Of a DNA stretch of 53,357 nucleotides, positions 1 to 11,367 are shown one piece after another; the stretch's first letter is position 1, and each line of letters starts with the position of its first letter. Below the pieces are notes generated by a model that was not told the origin of the DNA, ran no database searches, and was given only the letters and a program-made list of their open reading frames with translations. This DNA is from Chthoniobacteraceae bacterium (GTDB taxonomy: Bacteria; Verrucomicrobiota; Verrucomicrobiia; Chthoniobacterales; Chthoniobacteraceae), in NCBI GenBank assembly GCA_040081625.1, contig JBEBGD010000029.1, positions 1 to 53,357 on the forward strand. The letters run 5' to 3'. A program made the position numbers and the translations under genes.

Positions 1-222
1 ATGCTCACGCCCCCGCCCGCCACGCCCGCGCCGCGCACGACCGTGAAGATCCTCAAGCCGACGCCGGTCCTGCTGAAGTTCGGCACCAGCACGCTCGTCG
101 CGGGCACCGTCGTGCCGCTGGTCTCGGTCGATGGCGTAAATGTGCTCGTGCGCTTCGGCACCGACGTGGTCCCCGTGCCGCTCGGGAACACCGACCTCGC
201 CGAACCTCCACCCCCGCAGTAG
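1..222 (+). CDS. 3' end of a hypothetical protein running in from the left edge (Pro-rich linker plus small beta-rich domain)
   Basis: Open frame from base 1 with typical GC3-rich codons; stop at 222, 11 nt before the RND adaptor start. Confidence 0.6.
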   Translation: MLTPPPATPAPRTTVKILKPTPVLLKFGTSTLVAGTVVPLVSVDGVNVLVRFGTDVVPVPLGNTDLAEPPPPQ

Positions 223-233
223 CCCGCTCGCAC

Positions 234-1307
234 ATGTATCGTCCGCGGGTCGCAGCCATCATCCTACTCGCCCTCGCGGCGTGCTCGAAGCCTGCGCGCG
301 AAGGCGGCAGGCGCGACAAGGACGCGACGGTGAGCGTCACCGTCGTCGCCGCGCGCACCGAGCCGTGGGAGCGCAAGATCCTGCTCGTCGGCGCGCTCCT
401 GCCAAACCAGGAGGCGCGCATCGCCGCCGAGGTCGAAGGCTCGATCGAGAAGACGCTCGCCGAGGTCGGCGACGCCGTGAAAGCCGGCGCGGAACTCGCG
501 CAGATCGATACCGCTTCGTATCAAGGCATGGTCAATCTCCAGACCGCGAACCTCGCCAAGGCCGAGGCCAGCGCGGAGAACACCGCCGAGAATCTTTCGC
601 GACTCGAGCGCCTGCGGAAAACCGGCTCCGTGTCGCCCACCGACTACGACCAGGCCGCCGCCTCGAACAAACAGGCGCAGGCCGAGGTCAACGCCGCGAA
701 GGCCAGCCTCGGCGCCGCGAGCACCTCGATGCGGCGCTCGCTCGCCCGCGCGCCCTTCGATGGCGCGATCGCCGAGCGGCTCGTGAACGCGGGCGACTTC
801 GTCCGCATCGGCACGGTGATGTTCAACGTCGTCGATGACTCGACGCTGCGCTTTCGCGGCGAGGTGCCCGAGCGCGAGGCGGCGCGCATCAAGGTCGCGC
901 AGCTCGTGCGGCTCACCGTGGACGCATATCCCGGCCGCGTCTTCGAGGGGCGCGTGAGCTGGATCAACCCCGCCGTCAATGTCGCCACGCGCAGCGTCGG
1001 CATCGAGGCGCGCGTGGACAACTCGAAGCGCGAACTCAAGGCCAACTTCTTTGCCCGCGGCGAACTCGTCGTCGATGACGCCGCGCCGACGCTCGTCGTG
1101 CCGATCGACACGATCCTCACCTTCGCCGGCGTGAACAAAGTCTTCGTCGTCGAAGGCGACGCGGCCAGCGTGCGCGAGGTCGAGCTCGGCCTCACGCGCG
1201 GCGACCAGCAGGAAATCCTCAGCGGCCTCAAGCCCGGCGAACGCGTGATCCTCAACGGCCGCACCAAGGTCCAGGACGGGACGAAGGTGAAGGTGCAGGA
1301 CGCATGA
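234..1307 (+). CDS. RND efflux periplasmic adaptor (membrane fusion protein), lipoprotein
   Basis: Lipobox-like LAAC; 'VGDAVKAGAELAQID' lipoyl half-motif; coiled coil; 'RAPFDGAI'; 'RTVxIEARVDN'-like segment; ATGA overlap with the permease. Confidence 0.93.
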   Translation: MYRPRVAAIILLALAACSKPAREGGRRDKDATVSVTVVAARTEPWERKILLVGALLPNQEARIAAEVEGSIEKTLAEVGDAVKAGAELAQIDTASYQGMVNLQTANLAKAEASAENTAENLSRLERLRKTGSVSPTDYDQAAASNKQAQAEVNAAKASLGAASTSMRRSLARAPFDGAIAERLVNAGDFVRIGTVMFNVVDDSTLRFRGEVPEREAARIKVAQLVRLTVDAYPGRVFEGRVSWINPAVNVATRSVGIEARVDNSKRELKANFFARGELVVDDAAPTLVVPIDTILTFAGVNKVFVVEGDAASVREVELGLTRGDQQEILSGLKPGERVILNGRTKVQDGTKVKVQDA

Positions 1308-4300
1308 CGGCTCCGCCTCCGCACTCCGGCGGCGCGTCGCTCGCCGACCTGTGCATCCGTCGTCCGGTCTTCGCGACGATGATCAATCTCTTCCTCGTCG
1401 TGCTCGGCTGGATCAGCTTCCGCGACCTCGGCGTGGATCAATATCCGAACGTGGACATCCCGAGCGTGACGGTGACGACGAGCCTCGCCGGCGCGTCGCC
1501 GGAGGAGATGGAAACGACCGTCACCAAGCCGCTCGAGGAGGTCATCAACACGATCGAAGGCATCGACGAACTCTCCAGCAACACGAGCGAAGGCGTCGCC
1601 CGCATCAACGTGAACTTCGTTTACTCGCGCACGCGCGACGCCGCGGCGCAGGACGTCCGCGACAAGGTCAACTCCATCCTCGCGCGCCTGCCCGCCGGCA
1701 CGACGCCGCCGATCATCAGCAAGTTCGACACGGACGCGTCGCCGATCCTGACCATCAGCGTGAGCGCGCGGCGCTCGCTCAAGGAACTCACGCTCATCGC
1801 CGACAAGCAGATCAAGCAGGTGCTCGAAACCGTCGCCGACATCGGCGCCGTGTCGCTCGTCGGCGGGCGCACGCGCGCGATCCAGGTCTCGGTCGATATC
1901 GACCGCCTGCGCGCCTACGGGCTCACCATCGAGGACGTGCGCTCGGCGCTCGCGCAGCAAAACGTCGAGATCCCAGGTGGCCGCGTCGATCAGCAGTCGC
2001 GCGAGCTGACACTGCGCACGCTCGGGCGCGTGGAGAAGGTGCGCGACTTCGGCGAACTGCACGTCGCCAACCGTGGCGGCGTGCCCATCCAGCTCAAGGA
2101 CGTGGCGACCACGCGCGACTCGGTCGAGGAAGCCCGGTCCCTTTCGCGGCTCAACGGCCAGAACTCCGTCTCGCTCGTCGTGCGAAAGCAGTCCGGCTCG
2201 AACACGGTAGCCGTCATCGAGCGCGTGAAGACGCGACTCGCGCAGCTCGAGGAGGCGCTGCCGGGCGACATCCACTTCGACCTCATCCGGGACCAGTCGC
2301 GCTTCATCAAACGCTCGCTCGACGAAGTCAGCTTCCACCTCGTGCTCGGCGCGCTGCTCGTCGCGCTGACGGTCTTTGCCTTCATGCACGACTGGCGCGG
2401 CACGCTCATCGCCTCCGTCGCGATCCCGGCATCGATCATCGCGACCTTCGCGCTGATGCGCTCGCTCGATTACACGCTCAACAACTTCACGATCCTCGGC
2501 CTCATCTTCGCCGTCGGCATCGTGGTCGATGACGCGATCGTGGTCATCGAAAACATCCATCGCACCATCGAGGAACGCGGCCTCGACAGCCGCCAGGCCG
2601 CGAGCGTGGCGACGAAGGAAATCGCGCTCGCCGTGCTCGCGACCACGCTTTCGCTCGTCGTGATCTTCATCCCGGTCGCGTTCATGGAAGGCCGCACGGG
2701 GCGCTTCTTTTCCAGCTACGGCATCACCGTCGCGTTCGCGATTCTCGTGTCGATGTTCGTCTCCTTCACGCTCACGCCCATGCTCGCGTCGCGTTTCCTG
2801 CACGCCGCCGAGGACGAGGCGAAGCGCATCAAACGCGCACACGGCGGCCGGCTGCTGCGCTGGATCGGCGGGCACTACGGGCGACTGCTCGCGTGGAGCC
2901 TGCAGCATCGCTCGATCGTCATGCTCGCGGCGGCGGCCGTCACCGCGTCGCTGTGGGTGCTCGTGCCGCTGAGCCGGTTCAACTACATGCCGCAGGACGA
3001 CTCGAGCGAGTTCGAGGTCGTGGTGGAGGCGCCGGAGGGATCGAGCCTCGCGCGCACCGACGCGCTGCTGCGCGAAATAGAAACCAGGCTCAAGGCCATC
3101 GACATCGGCGGCGTGAAGGCGGTGACCGATACGCTGGTGACCGTCGGCGAGACTTCGGCGCGCGTGGGCAAGGGCGAAGGCAACGTGACTCAAGGCTCGA
3201 TCTACTGCCGGTTGCCGGAGTTGGGCGGCTTTTGGGCCACGCTGCTCGGCCAGTCGCGCCGCTGGTCGCAGGCGGATGCGATGCTGCACGCGCGCCGCAT
3301 TCTCACCGCCTATCCGGATCTCCGCAGCAGTGTGCAGCGCATCTCGGGCATCAGCAGCAGCGGGAGCCGGAATACCGAGTTCGACTTCAACATCGTCGGC
3401 CCCGACCTCGCGAAGCTGAGCGAACTGAGCGACACCTTCCTCGCGCGGCTGCGGCAGGTGCCGGGCATGGTCGATCTCGACACGACGCTGTCGAACCGGA
3501 AGCCGGAGATGCAGGTGCGAATCGATCGCGACAAGGCCAACCAGTTCGGCATCAACGTCGAGCAGATCGCCCGCGTGCTGCGAACGACCGTGGGCGGCGA
3601 GATCGTCTCGACGTGGAAGGAAGCCGACGACCAGTTCGACGTGTGGCTGCGCGCCGATCGCGGCCAGCGCAGCACGCGAGAGGCTGTGGAACAGATCGCC
3701 ATCCGCGGCCGAGCGCCGGATGGCGGCGAACTGCTGCTGCCCGTCGTCAATTTCGTGAGCCTCGTCGAGACGCGCGGGCCTTCGCAGATCGACCGCTACG
3801 AGCGCCAGCGCCGCGTGAACATCGGCGGCAACCTCGTCGGCCTCGCGCTGAGCGACGCGGTGCGGGTCACGCGCGAGATCGCCGATGAACTGCAGCTTCC
3901 CCCCGGCTACAGCCTCGCCTTCACCGGCCGCGCACGCTCGCTCGCGGAGACCTTCACGAACTTCCTCAAGGCCTTCGGCCTCGCGCTCATCTTCATGTAT
4001 ATGATCCTTGCGGCGCAGTTCGAAAACTTCGTCCACCCGATCTCGATCCTGCTCGCCGTGCCGCTCTCGCTGCCATTCGCGCTGCTGACGATGATCCTGC
4101 TCGACGAGCCGCTGAACATCTACGCGATCTTCGGCATGTTCATGCTCTTCGGCGTGGTGAAGAAGAACGGGATCCTGCAGATCGACTACACGAACACGCT
4201 GCGCTCGCGTGGCATGGAGCGCGATGCGGCGATCCTCGAGGCGAATCGCGTGCGCCTTCGCCCGATCCTGATGACCACGATCCTGCTCGTCGCCTCGATG

Positions 4301-4483
4301 ATCCCGATCGCGCTCGGCGTCGGTCCCGGCAGCGCGGGGCGCGCGTCGATGGCGAAGATCATCATCGGCGGCCAGATGCTCTGCCTGCTGCTCTCGCTGC
4401 TCGTGACGCCGGTGAGCTACGCGATCTTCGACGACTGGAGCCGCGGGCGTTTCCGGCGCAAGTCCGGCGCTGACACGGCCTGA
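1304..4483 (+). CDS. RND efflux permease, AcrB/AcrD/AcrF family
   Basis: 1059 aa; 'IRRPVFA' N-terminus; TM4 'GIVVDDAIVVIENI'; 'GVVKKNGIL'; 'RLRPILMTT'. Confidence 0.96.
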   Translation: MTAPPPHSGGASLADLCIRRPVFATMINLFLVVLGWISFRDLGVDQYPNVDIPSVTVTTSLAGASPEEMETTVTKPLEEVINTIEGIDELSSNTSEGVARINVNFVYSRTRDAAAQDVRDKVNSILARLPAGTTPPIISKFDTDASPILTISVSARRSLKELTLIADKQIKQVLETVADIGAVSLVGGRTRAIQVSVDIDRLRAYGLTIEDVRSALAQQNVEIPGGRVDQQSRELTLRTLGRVEKVRDFGELHVANRGGVPIQLKDVATTRDSVEEARSLSRLNGQNSVSLVVRKQSGSNTVAVIERVKTRLAQLEEALPGDIHFDLIRDQSRFIKRSLDEVSFHLVLGALLVALTVFAFMHDWRGTLIASVAIPASIIATFALMRSLDYTLNNFTILGLIFAVGIVVDDAIVVIENIHRTIEERGLDSRQAASVATKEIALAVLATTLSLVVIFIPVAFMEGRTGRFFSSYGITVAFAILVSMFVSFTLTPMLASRFLHAAEDEAKRIKRAHGGRLLRWIGGHYGRLLAWSLQHRSIVMLAAAAVTASLWVLVPLSRFNYMPQDDSSEFEVVVEAPEGSSLARTDALLREIETRLKAIDIGGVKAVTDTLVTVGETSARVGKGEGNVTQGSIYCRLPELGGFWATLLGQSRRWSQADAMLHARRILTAYPDLRSSVQRISGISSSGSRNTEFDFNIVGPDLAKLSELSDTFLARLRQVPGMVDLDTTLSNRKPEMQVRIDRDKANQFGINVEQIARVLRTTVGGEIVSTWKEADDQFDVWLRADRGQRSTREAVEQIAIRGRAPDGGELLLPVVNFVSLVETRGPSQIDRYERQRRVNIGGNLVGLALSDAVRVTREIADELQLPPGYSLAFTGRARSLAETFTNFLKAFGLALIFMYMILAAQFENFVHPISILLAVPLSLPFALLTMILLDEPLNIYAIFGMFMLFGVVKKNGILQIDYTNTLRSRGMERDAAILEANRVRLRPILMTTILLVASMIPIALGVGPGSAGRASMAKIIIGGQMLCLLLSLLVTPVSYAIFDDWSRGRFRRKSGADTA

Positions 4484-4534
4484 GCCAAATGCTTGTGGCG
4501 GACCCGCCCGCCCGGTGGAAGCTTCCCCGCGCCC

Positions 4535-6877
4535 ATGCCCCGCCAGAACCAGCCGCCGATCGACGACGCGCTTCTAAAGTTGCGCGCGGATGACGTTGTC
4601 GCGGAGCGATACCGGCTGGTCGATGTGGTCGGGCGCGGCGGGATGGGAATCGTGTGGCGCGCGCACGATGAGACGCTCGAGCTGCCGGTCGCGCTGAAAT
4701 TCCTGCCCGAGGTGCTCGTGCGCGACTCGGGCGCGATGGAGCAGCTCAAGACCGAGACGCGCAATGCGCTGCGGCTCACGCACCCGAACATCCTGCGCGT
4801 TCACAATCTTGTGGAAGACCGCGAGCGGGCGGTTGCCTTCATCGCGATGGAGCTGGCCAGCGGCGGAAACCTCGACCAACTCCGCGCTGAGCAGCATGAG
4901 GGGTGTTTCGAGCCGGGGCAAATCCACGGCTGGCTCGACGAGCTGTGCTCCGCACTCATCCACGCGCACGAAGTCGCCGGTGTCGTGCATCGCGACCTCA
5001 AGCCCGCGAACCTGCTGCTCGATGAAACCGGGCGCCTGAAGGTCGCCGACTTCGGCTTCTCCGCGCGGGCGTCCGAGAGCTTTACGCAGCTCACGCGGCA
5101 CAAGCACGCCGGCACACCCGCCTACGCCAGCCCGCAGCAGATGCGCGGCGAACGCGCGATCCCTTCGGACGATCTCTACGCGCTCGGCGCGACGATCCAC
5201 TGCCTGCTCGCGGGCCGGCCGCCGTTCTTCCGCGGCGACTTGCTCCACCAGCTTTTTGAAACCGCGGCGCCGAAAATCAACGCGCGGCGGCAGGAGTCCG
5301 ACCGGCCGGTCTCGCTCGTCTCCGAGGGATGGGAACAGCTCGTCACGGACTTGCTCGCAAAGGATCCGGCGAAGCGTCCCATCAGCGCGCGCGCTGTCGC
5401 CGCCCGCCTCGCGGCGCTGCGCCATGAGCAGGTCGCCGTCCCGCGTCCCTCCGCATCGCGCGCTGCGACGCTCTCCGACCCGGACCCGGAAGATGCACCC
5501 GACATCAAATGGCGGTTCTGGATCGGCGTCTGGGCCGCGGCAGTGTTGCTCGCCACGATGCCGATCTGGCTGCCTGCGTGGCGCCCGAAATCGGAAGTGT
5601 CGCCGGAGCTGGTGACCGCCGCCGTCGAAGCCGCCATCGCTCCCATGCGCACCGCGGACGCCGGGCCACCGGGACTGATTTTCGCAGGCACACCCAAGCC
5701 GGAAGCCGTGGCCGCAGTCGCGACCCCCGCGCCCGTCGCGCAGCCTGCCGACCCGACCCCCGAGCCGCGCACGACGCTGCTCATCTTGGCTACTCCGCAA
5801 CCGACGGAAAAGATCATCATCCTCCAGTCGCCGCCCGCACCGGCACCCGCGCCGCCGGCCACCCCTGCGCCGCCTTCGCCGGAGGCACGCTTCCGCACGC
5901 TCATCGAGGGTGGTGCTAAATCAGCTGCGAACAACGAGCTCGACGCCGCCCTGTGGAAATACCGCGAAGCACTCGCGCTGATGCCGCAAAACGCCGAGGC
6001 CATGGCCAATCTGGCATTAATCCACGAGCGCATGAATTCATCCGCACTCGCCGCCGAGCTGTGGCAGCGCGTCCTCGCGCAAGGCGAAGCGGCCGGCCCC
6101 TACTTCGCGCTCGCCGAGTCGCGGATCAAAGCGACGGTCGCGCAAGTCATGGCCGCCGCACAGTTCGCGCAGCCGCCGATGCTCGCAGCCCCACCGGCAC
6201 CGACACCGGCTCCCACACCAGTCCCGACACCTGCGCCGACACCCGCGCCGACGCCGGCCCCCACGCCAGCGCCCACTCCGCCACCAGTTCCCGCGCCCGC
6301 CGCGGCGCCGCCGAGCCTGTCGGCCAGCGAACTCGCGCTGATGTCGCGCTATCCCGCCCCGGCGCCGCTGCCGCGGGACGAAGTTGTCTCGAGCCTCATT
6401 CCCGAAGCCGTTCTCGGCGTTGGCGTGGTCGATCGTGAAGACGCGCTCGATGCCCAGGGCAAGCGGCTCACGCTGCGCATTCAGGTCAAGGCGCGCAACG
6501 GCGCGGTGATCAATGCGGGCGACGTGGATATTTCCGTCCTCATCTACGACCAGATCGGCGAAGGCCGGGAGGAGAAGACCGACGCGGACGTGAGCTACAA
6601 GTTCGCCGCGACGCCCGTGGACTGGGCCAACGGCGGCGACGAGACCATCGAAGTCACCTACGATCGCACCGCCGCGCCCTCCGCGAAACTGCGCCGGCAA
6701 TTCTTCGGCTACATCGTGCGGATTTATTACGGCGGCGAGTTGCAGGACGCGCGCGCCGAGCCCGGGCTGCTTTCGCACAAATATCCCGCGCCTGTGAAAT
6801 TCAACGCCCCCGAGCCGCCCCCCGAGCCCGACCCGGCGAAGCCCACCGCGAAGCCGAAGTCCAAGCGCAAACGGTAG
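4535..6877 (+). CDS. Membrane-anchored Hanks-type Ser/Thr protein kinase with Pro-rich linkers, a TPR-like region and a C-terminal beta domain
   Basis: GRGGMG, VALK, HRDLKPAN, DFG, GTPAYASPQ; TM segment 'FWIGVWAAAVLLATMPIWL'; TPR-like 'AALWKYREALALMPQNAEAMANLALIH'; start moved to ATG 4535. Confidence 0.92.
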   Translation: MPRQNQPPIDDALLKLRADDVVAERYRLVDVVGRGGMGIVWRAHDETLELPVALKFLPEVLVRDSGAMEQLKTETRNALRLTHPNILRVHNLVEDRERAVAFIAMELASGGNLDQLRAEQHEGCFEPGQIHGWLDELCSALIHAHEVAGVVHRDLKPANLLLDETGRLKVADFGFSARASESFTQLTRHKHAGTPAYASPQQMRGERAIPSDDLYALGATIHCLLAGRPPFFRGDLLHQLFETAAPKINARRQESDRPVSLVSEGWEQLVTDLLAKDPAKRPISARAVAARLAALRHEQVAVPRPSASRAATLSDPDPEDAPDIKWRFWIGVWAAAVLLATMPIWLPAWRPKSEVSPELVTAAVEAAIAPMRTADAGPPGLIFAGTPKPEAVAAVATPAPVAQPADPTPEPRTTLLILATPQPTEKIIILQSPPAPAPAPPATPAPPSPEARFRTLIEGGAKSAANNELDAALWKYREALALMPQNAEAMANLALIHERMNSSALAAELWQRVLAQGEAAGPYFALAESRIKATVAQVMAAAQFAQPPMLAAPPAPTPAPTPVPTPAPTPAPTPAPTPAPTPPPVPAPAAAPPSLSASELALMSRYPAPAPLPRDEVVSSLIPEAVLGVGVVDREDALDAQGKRLTLRIQVKARNGAVINAGDVDISVLIYDQIGEGREEKTDADVSYKFAATPVDWANGGDETIEVTYDRTAAPSAKLRRQFFGYIVRIYYGGELQDARAEPGLLSHKYPAPVKFNAPEPPPEPDPAKPTAKPKSKRKR
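6191..6298 (+). repeat. Coding tandem repeat (PTPA)n, about 7 units, inside the kinase
   Basis: PAPTPAPTPVPTPAPTPAPTPAPTPAPTPPP; synonymous codons vary between units. Confidence 0.85.
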
Positions 6878-6883
6878 CGCCGC

Positions 6884-8287
6884 TCAGTTCGTGATCGTGA
6901 CCAGCGTGCCGACAGGCACTTCGCGGAAGAGCTTGCGAGCCGCGTCGCTCGGAAGGCGGATGCAGCCGTGGCTGGCGGGATAGTCGGGCACGACGCCCTG
7001 GTGCATCCCGAAATCGCGGCAGCTCAGCCGCATGAAAAACGGCATCGGCACCTTGTAGATCGTCGAGATGTGGGACGACTTTTTGTCGGTGATCACGAAG
7101 CGCCCGGTCGGAGTCGCGAAGCCCTTGCGTCCGGTGCTGATCCCCGTCTTGAAAACCGGAGCGCCATCGCGAAAGAGCGTGGCGCGCTGTGCGGCGAGGC
7201 TGATCTCGATGCGGATTTGCTCGGGGCTTGGCGCATTGCCGAGCAGGGTCTGGAGGCACTCGGCGTGTCCTCCCCATGCGGCGAAATAGAGCGCGAGCAT
7301 CCGGTATTTCCCGGTCGTCGTCCGCAAGCGCTCGGCGCCTCGCTCGATCAGCAGCTTGACCAGCTCGTTGTTGCCCATGCCGGCGGCGATCATCAGCACG
7401 GTGACGCCCGGCACCTCGGCGAGATAGTTTCGCAGCGGCTTGGCGGTCGTGTATTCCAGGAAGCGCGGCTCGGCCGGGCCTTCGAGCGCGGTGTTCGGAT
7501 CGGCGCCGGCGTCGAGCAGGAGCTGCGCAAGCTTGATATCATTCGCGGCGACAGCGTAGGCGAGCAAAGGATCGCGGCAGCCTTCCGGGGATGGCGGGCC
7601 GATATGCTTGGAGAGGACGAAGCGCACCTTTTCCACATCGCCGCTGTCCACGGCCCGCTGGAGCAGATTGCGCCCGGCGAGATCCCACTCGCGCTGGGTC
7701 ACGCGCGCGAAAATCGCCGCGAGGATCTTCTCGTCGCGAGTCTCGACTGCGACGGCGAACGCGTCGCGCTCATCGCAACTGCGGGCATCGAGCCGTGGAT
7801 TCTCCGCGAGAAGTCGCTCGACGGTCGGGAGCTGTTTCGCGGCGAGCGCGTAGTGCAAAGCGGTGCGGCCGCTCCCATCGACCGCGTTCACGTTCGCGCC
7901 AGCCTTGAGCAGGATCTCGAGCAGCGCCGGCATTCCATGCACGGTCGCGACCATGATCGGCGCGACGCGCTGCTCGTCGGCGAGGTTCGGGTCCGCGCCG
8001 GCGGCAAGCAGGCGCACGACTAGCGCGTCGTCGCCCGCGGCCGCCGCGTGGAAGAGCGGCGTGCGCCCGTCCGCGCCGCAGAGATTCGGGCTCACTCCCG
8101 CGCGCAGCATCAGGTCGATCACGTTGCGCTGCTTGAGCGCTACCGCGCTGGCGAAGCCGTCGCCCTGCAGATCCAGCCCGAGTGCCTCGAGGCGCTCGAG
8201 CGCGGGAAAGGGATCGGGAGCACCGCGCAATGCCGGTGAAATCAGCGCGAAACTCAAGAGCATGGACCATGGAGCGAGACGAATCAT
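6884..8287 (-). CDS. Exported ankyrin-repeat protein with a C-terminal L,D-transpeptidase (YkuD) domain
   Basis: Signal-like N-terminus from ATG 8287; ankyrin repeats (GRTPLFHAA, GRTALHYAL, LLDAGADPN); 'IEISLAAQRATL', 'TPTGRF', 'GMHQG..PASHGCIRL' catalytic His/Cys motif. Confidence 0.9.
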   Translation of the reverse strand: MIRLAPWSMLLSFALISPALRGAPDPFPALERLEALGLDLQGDGFASAVALKQRNVIDLMLRAGVSPNLCGADGRTPLFHAAAAGDDALVVRLLAAGADPNLADEQRVAPIMVATVHGMPALLEILLKAGANVNAVDGSGRTALHYALAAKQLPTVERLLAENPRLDARSCDERDAFAVAVETRDEKILAAIFARVTQREWDLAGRNLLQRAVDSGDVEKVRFVLSKHIGPPSPEGCRDPLLAYAVAANDIKLAQLLLDAGADPNTALEGPAEPRFLEYTTAKPLRNYLAEVPGVTVLMIAAGMGNNELVKLLIERGAERLRTTTGKYRMLALYFAAWGGHAECLQTLLGNAPSPEQIRIEISLAAQRATLFRDGAPVFKTGISTGRKGFATPTGRFVITDKKSSHISTIYKVPMPFFMRLSCRDFGMHQGVVPDYPASHGCIRLPSDAARKLFREVPVGTLVTITN

Positions 8288-8368
8288 GCGACGCAGCTGC
8301 CGACTATAATGAGGGACCGCGCACGTGCAGACCGAAATTTTCAGCCCAAAATGGGCTGCGCGCCGCCG

Positions 8369-8396
8369 TTGACAGCCGGGGGTGAGTCGGTAGTCT
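8369..8396 (+). promoter_or_regulatory. Putative sigma70 promoter of ilvC
   Basis: TTGACA (8369-8374), 16 nt spacer, TAGTCT (8391-8396), 15 nt before the ATG. Confidence 0.6.
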
Positions 8397-8411
8397 CCGC
8401 GCCCTTTTCCA

Positions 8412-9434
8412 ATGGCCAAAATCTACACCGACAAAGACGCCGACCTCAAAGTGCTCAAGGGCAAAACCTGCGCCGTGCTGGGCTTCGGCTCGCAAGGACA
8501 CGCCCACGCGCTCAACCTCAAGGAATCCGGCGTGAAGGTGATCGTCGGACTTTATCCGGGCTCGAAATCGCGCGCGGTGGCCGAGGAAAAAGGCTTCGCG
8601 GTGTTCGACACCGGCGAAGCGGTGAAGCGCGCGGACGTGATCATGATCGCGCTGCCGGACACGAAGCAGGCGAAAGCCTTCGAGAAGGACATCCGGCCGA
8701 ACCTCAGCAAGGGCAAGACGCTCGTCTTCAGCCACGGGTTCTCGATCCATTTCAAGACGCTCGTCCCGCCGAAGAATGTGAACGTGATCATGGTCGCCCC
8801 GAAGGGACCGGGCCACATCGTGCGCCGCCAATACACCGAGGGAAAAGGCGTGCCGTCGCTCATCGCGGTGTATCAAAACCCCGGCAAGGACGCGAAGAAG
8901 ATCGCGCTCGCATGGGCGAAGGGCATCGGCGGCACGCGCGCCGGTGTGCTGGAGACGGATTTCAAGGAGGAGACCGAGACGGATCTTTTCGGCGAACAGA
9001 CCGTGCTCTGCGGCGGCACGACGGCGCTGGTGCAGGCCGGTTTCGAGGTGCTCGTCGAGGCGGGTTACTCGCCGGAGATGGCCTACTTCGAGTGCCTGCA
9101 CGAGCTGAAGCTCATCGTCGATTTGATGAATGAGAAAGGCATCGCGGGGATGCGCTTCTCGATCTCCGAGACGGCGAAGTGGGGCGACGTGACGGTTGGC
9201 CCGAAGATCATCGACGCGGGTGTGAAGAAGCGGATGAAAGCGGCGCTCAAGGACGTCCAGTCCGGCAAGTTCGCGAAGGACTGGGTGAAGGAATACGAGG
9301 GCGGCTACAAGAAATACAACGCGCTGCTCAAGGCCGGCGAAAAGCATGGCATCGAGAAGACGGGCGAGAAGCTCCGCGCGCTCATGCCGTGGATGCCGAA
9401 GCGCTCGATCAAGGGCGTGCAGGCGGCTTACTGA
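8412..9434 (+). CDS. ilvC: Ketol-acid reductoisomerase
   Basis: GFGSQGHAHALNL, FSHGF, VAPKGPGH, ETETDLFGEQTVLCGG, YFECLHELKLIVDL. Confidence 0.98.
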   Translation: MAKIYTDKDADLKVLKGKTCAVLGFGSQGHAHALNLKESGVKVIVGLYPGSKSRAVAEEKGFAVFDTGEAVKRADVIMIALPDTKQAKAFEKDIRPNLSKGKTLVFSHGFSIHFKTLVPPKNVNVIMVAPKGPGHIVRRQYTEGKGVPSLIAVYQNPGKDAKKIALAWAKGIGGTRAGVLETDFKEETETDLFGEQTVLCGGTTALVQAGFEVLVEAGYSPEMAYFECLHELKLIVDLMNEKGIAGMRFSISETAKWGDVTVGPKIIDAGVKKRMKAALKDVQSGKFAKDWVKEYEGGYKKYNALLKAGEKHGIEKTGEKLRALMPWMPKRSIKGVQAAY

Positions 9435-9445
9435 GCCCACACATT

Positions 9446-9531
9446 TTCACCACAGAGGCACAGAGGACACGGAGGAACAGCCCTGTGATGTTTCTTGTTC
9501 TGCTCTGTGTTCTCTGTGTCTCTGTGGTGAA
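9446..9531. repeat. Long imperfect intergenic palindrome (29-bp arms), REP/MITE-like
   Basis: ttcaccacagaggcacagaggacacggag (9446-9474) vs ctctgtgttctctgtgtctctgtggtgaa (9503-9531): 26/29 Watson-Crick pairs, the other 3 are G:T. Confidence 0.85.
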
Positions 9532-9534
9532 TCC

Positions 9535-11235
<1,701 letters not shown>

Positions 11236-11290
11236 GTCTGGGCTTGCCCGACTTGCCGGACACCGCGGCGCGCAAGGCGACTGACGGTTG

Positions 11291-11324
11291 AAAACAAAGC
11301 GCCCCGGCTTGTGACCGGGGCGCT
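11291..11324 (-). terminator. Rho-independent terminator of the RRM gene
   Basis: 10-bp GC-rich stem agcgccccgg/ccggggcgct followed on the minus strand by ttgtttt; lies between convergent glnS and the RRM gene. Confidence 0.8.
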
Positions 11325-11367
11325 CGAAATCCTGTCTGAAAGCAGCTCTGACTGGAGCTTCGTGAGA

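Noticed and set aside
644..4036. 1130-aa minus-strand ORF
   Set aside because: Antisense shadow of the RND genes; GC3 bias suppresses stops and it has no recognisable motifs
234..4483. RND pair lacking an outer-membrane factor
   Set aside because: Common; TolC-like genes are often encoded elsewhere, and the operon is cut by the window edge
9346..9534. Cys-rich N-terminal extension of GlnRS
   Set aside because: It is the translation of the palindromic repeat and the ilvC end; GlnRS homology begins at ATG 9535
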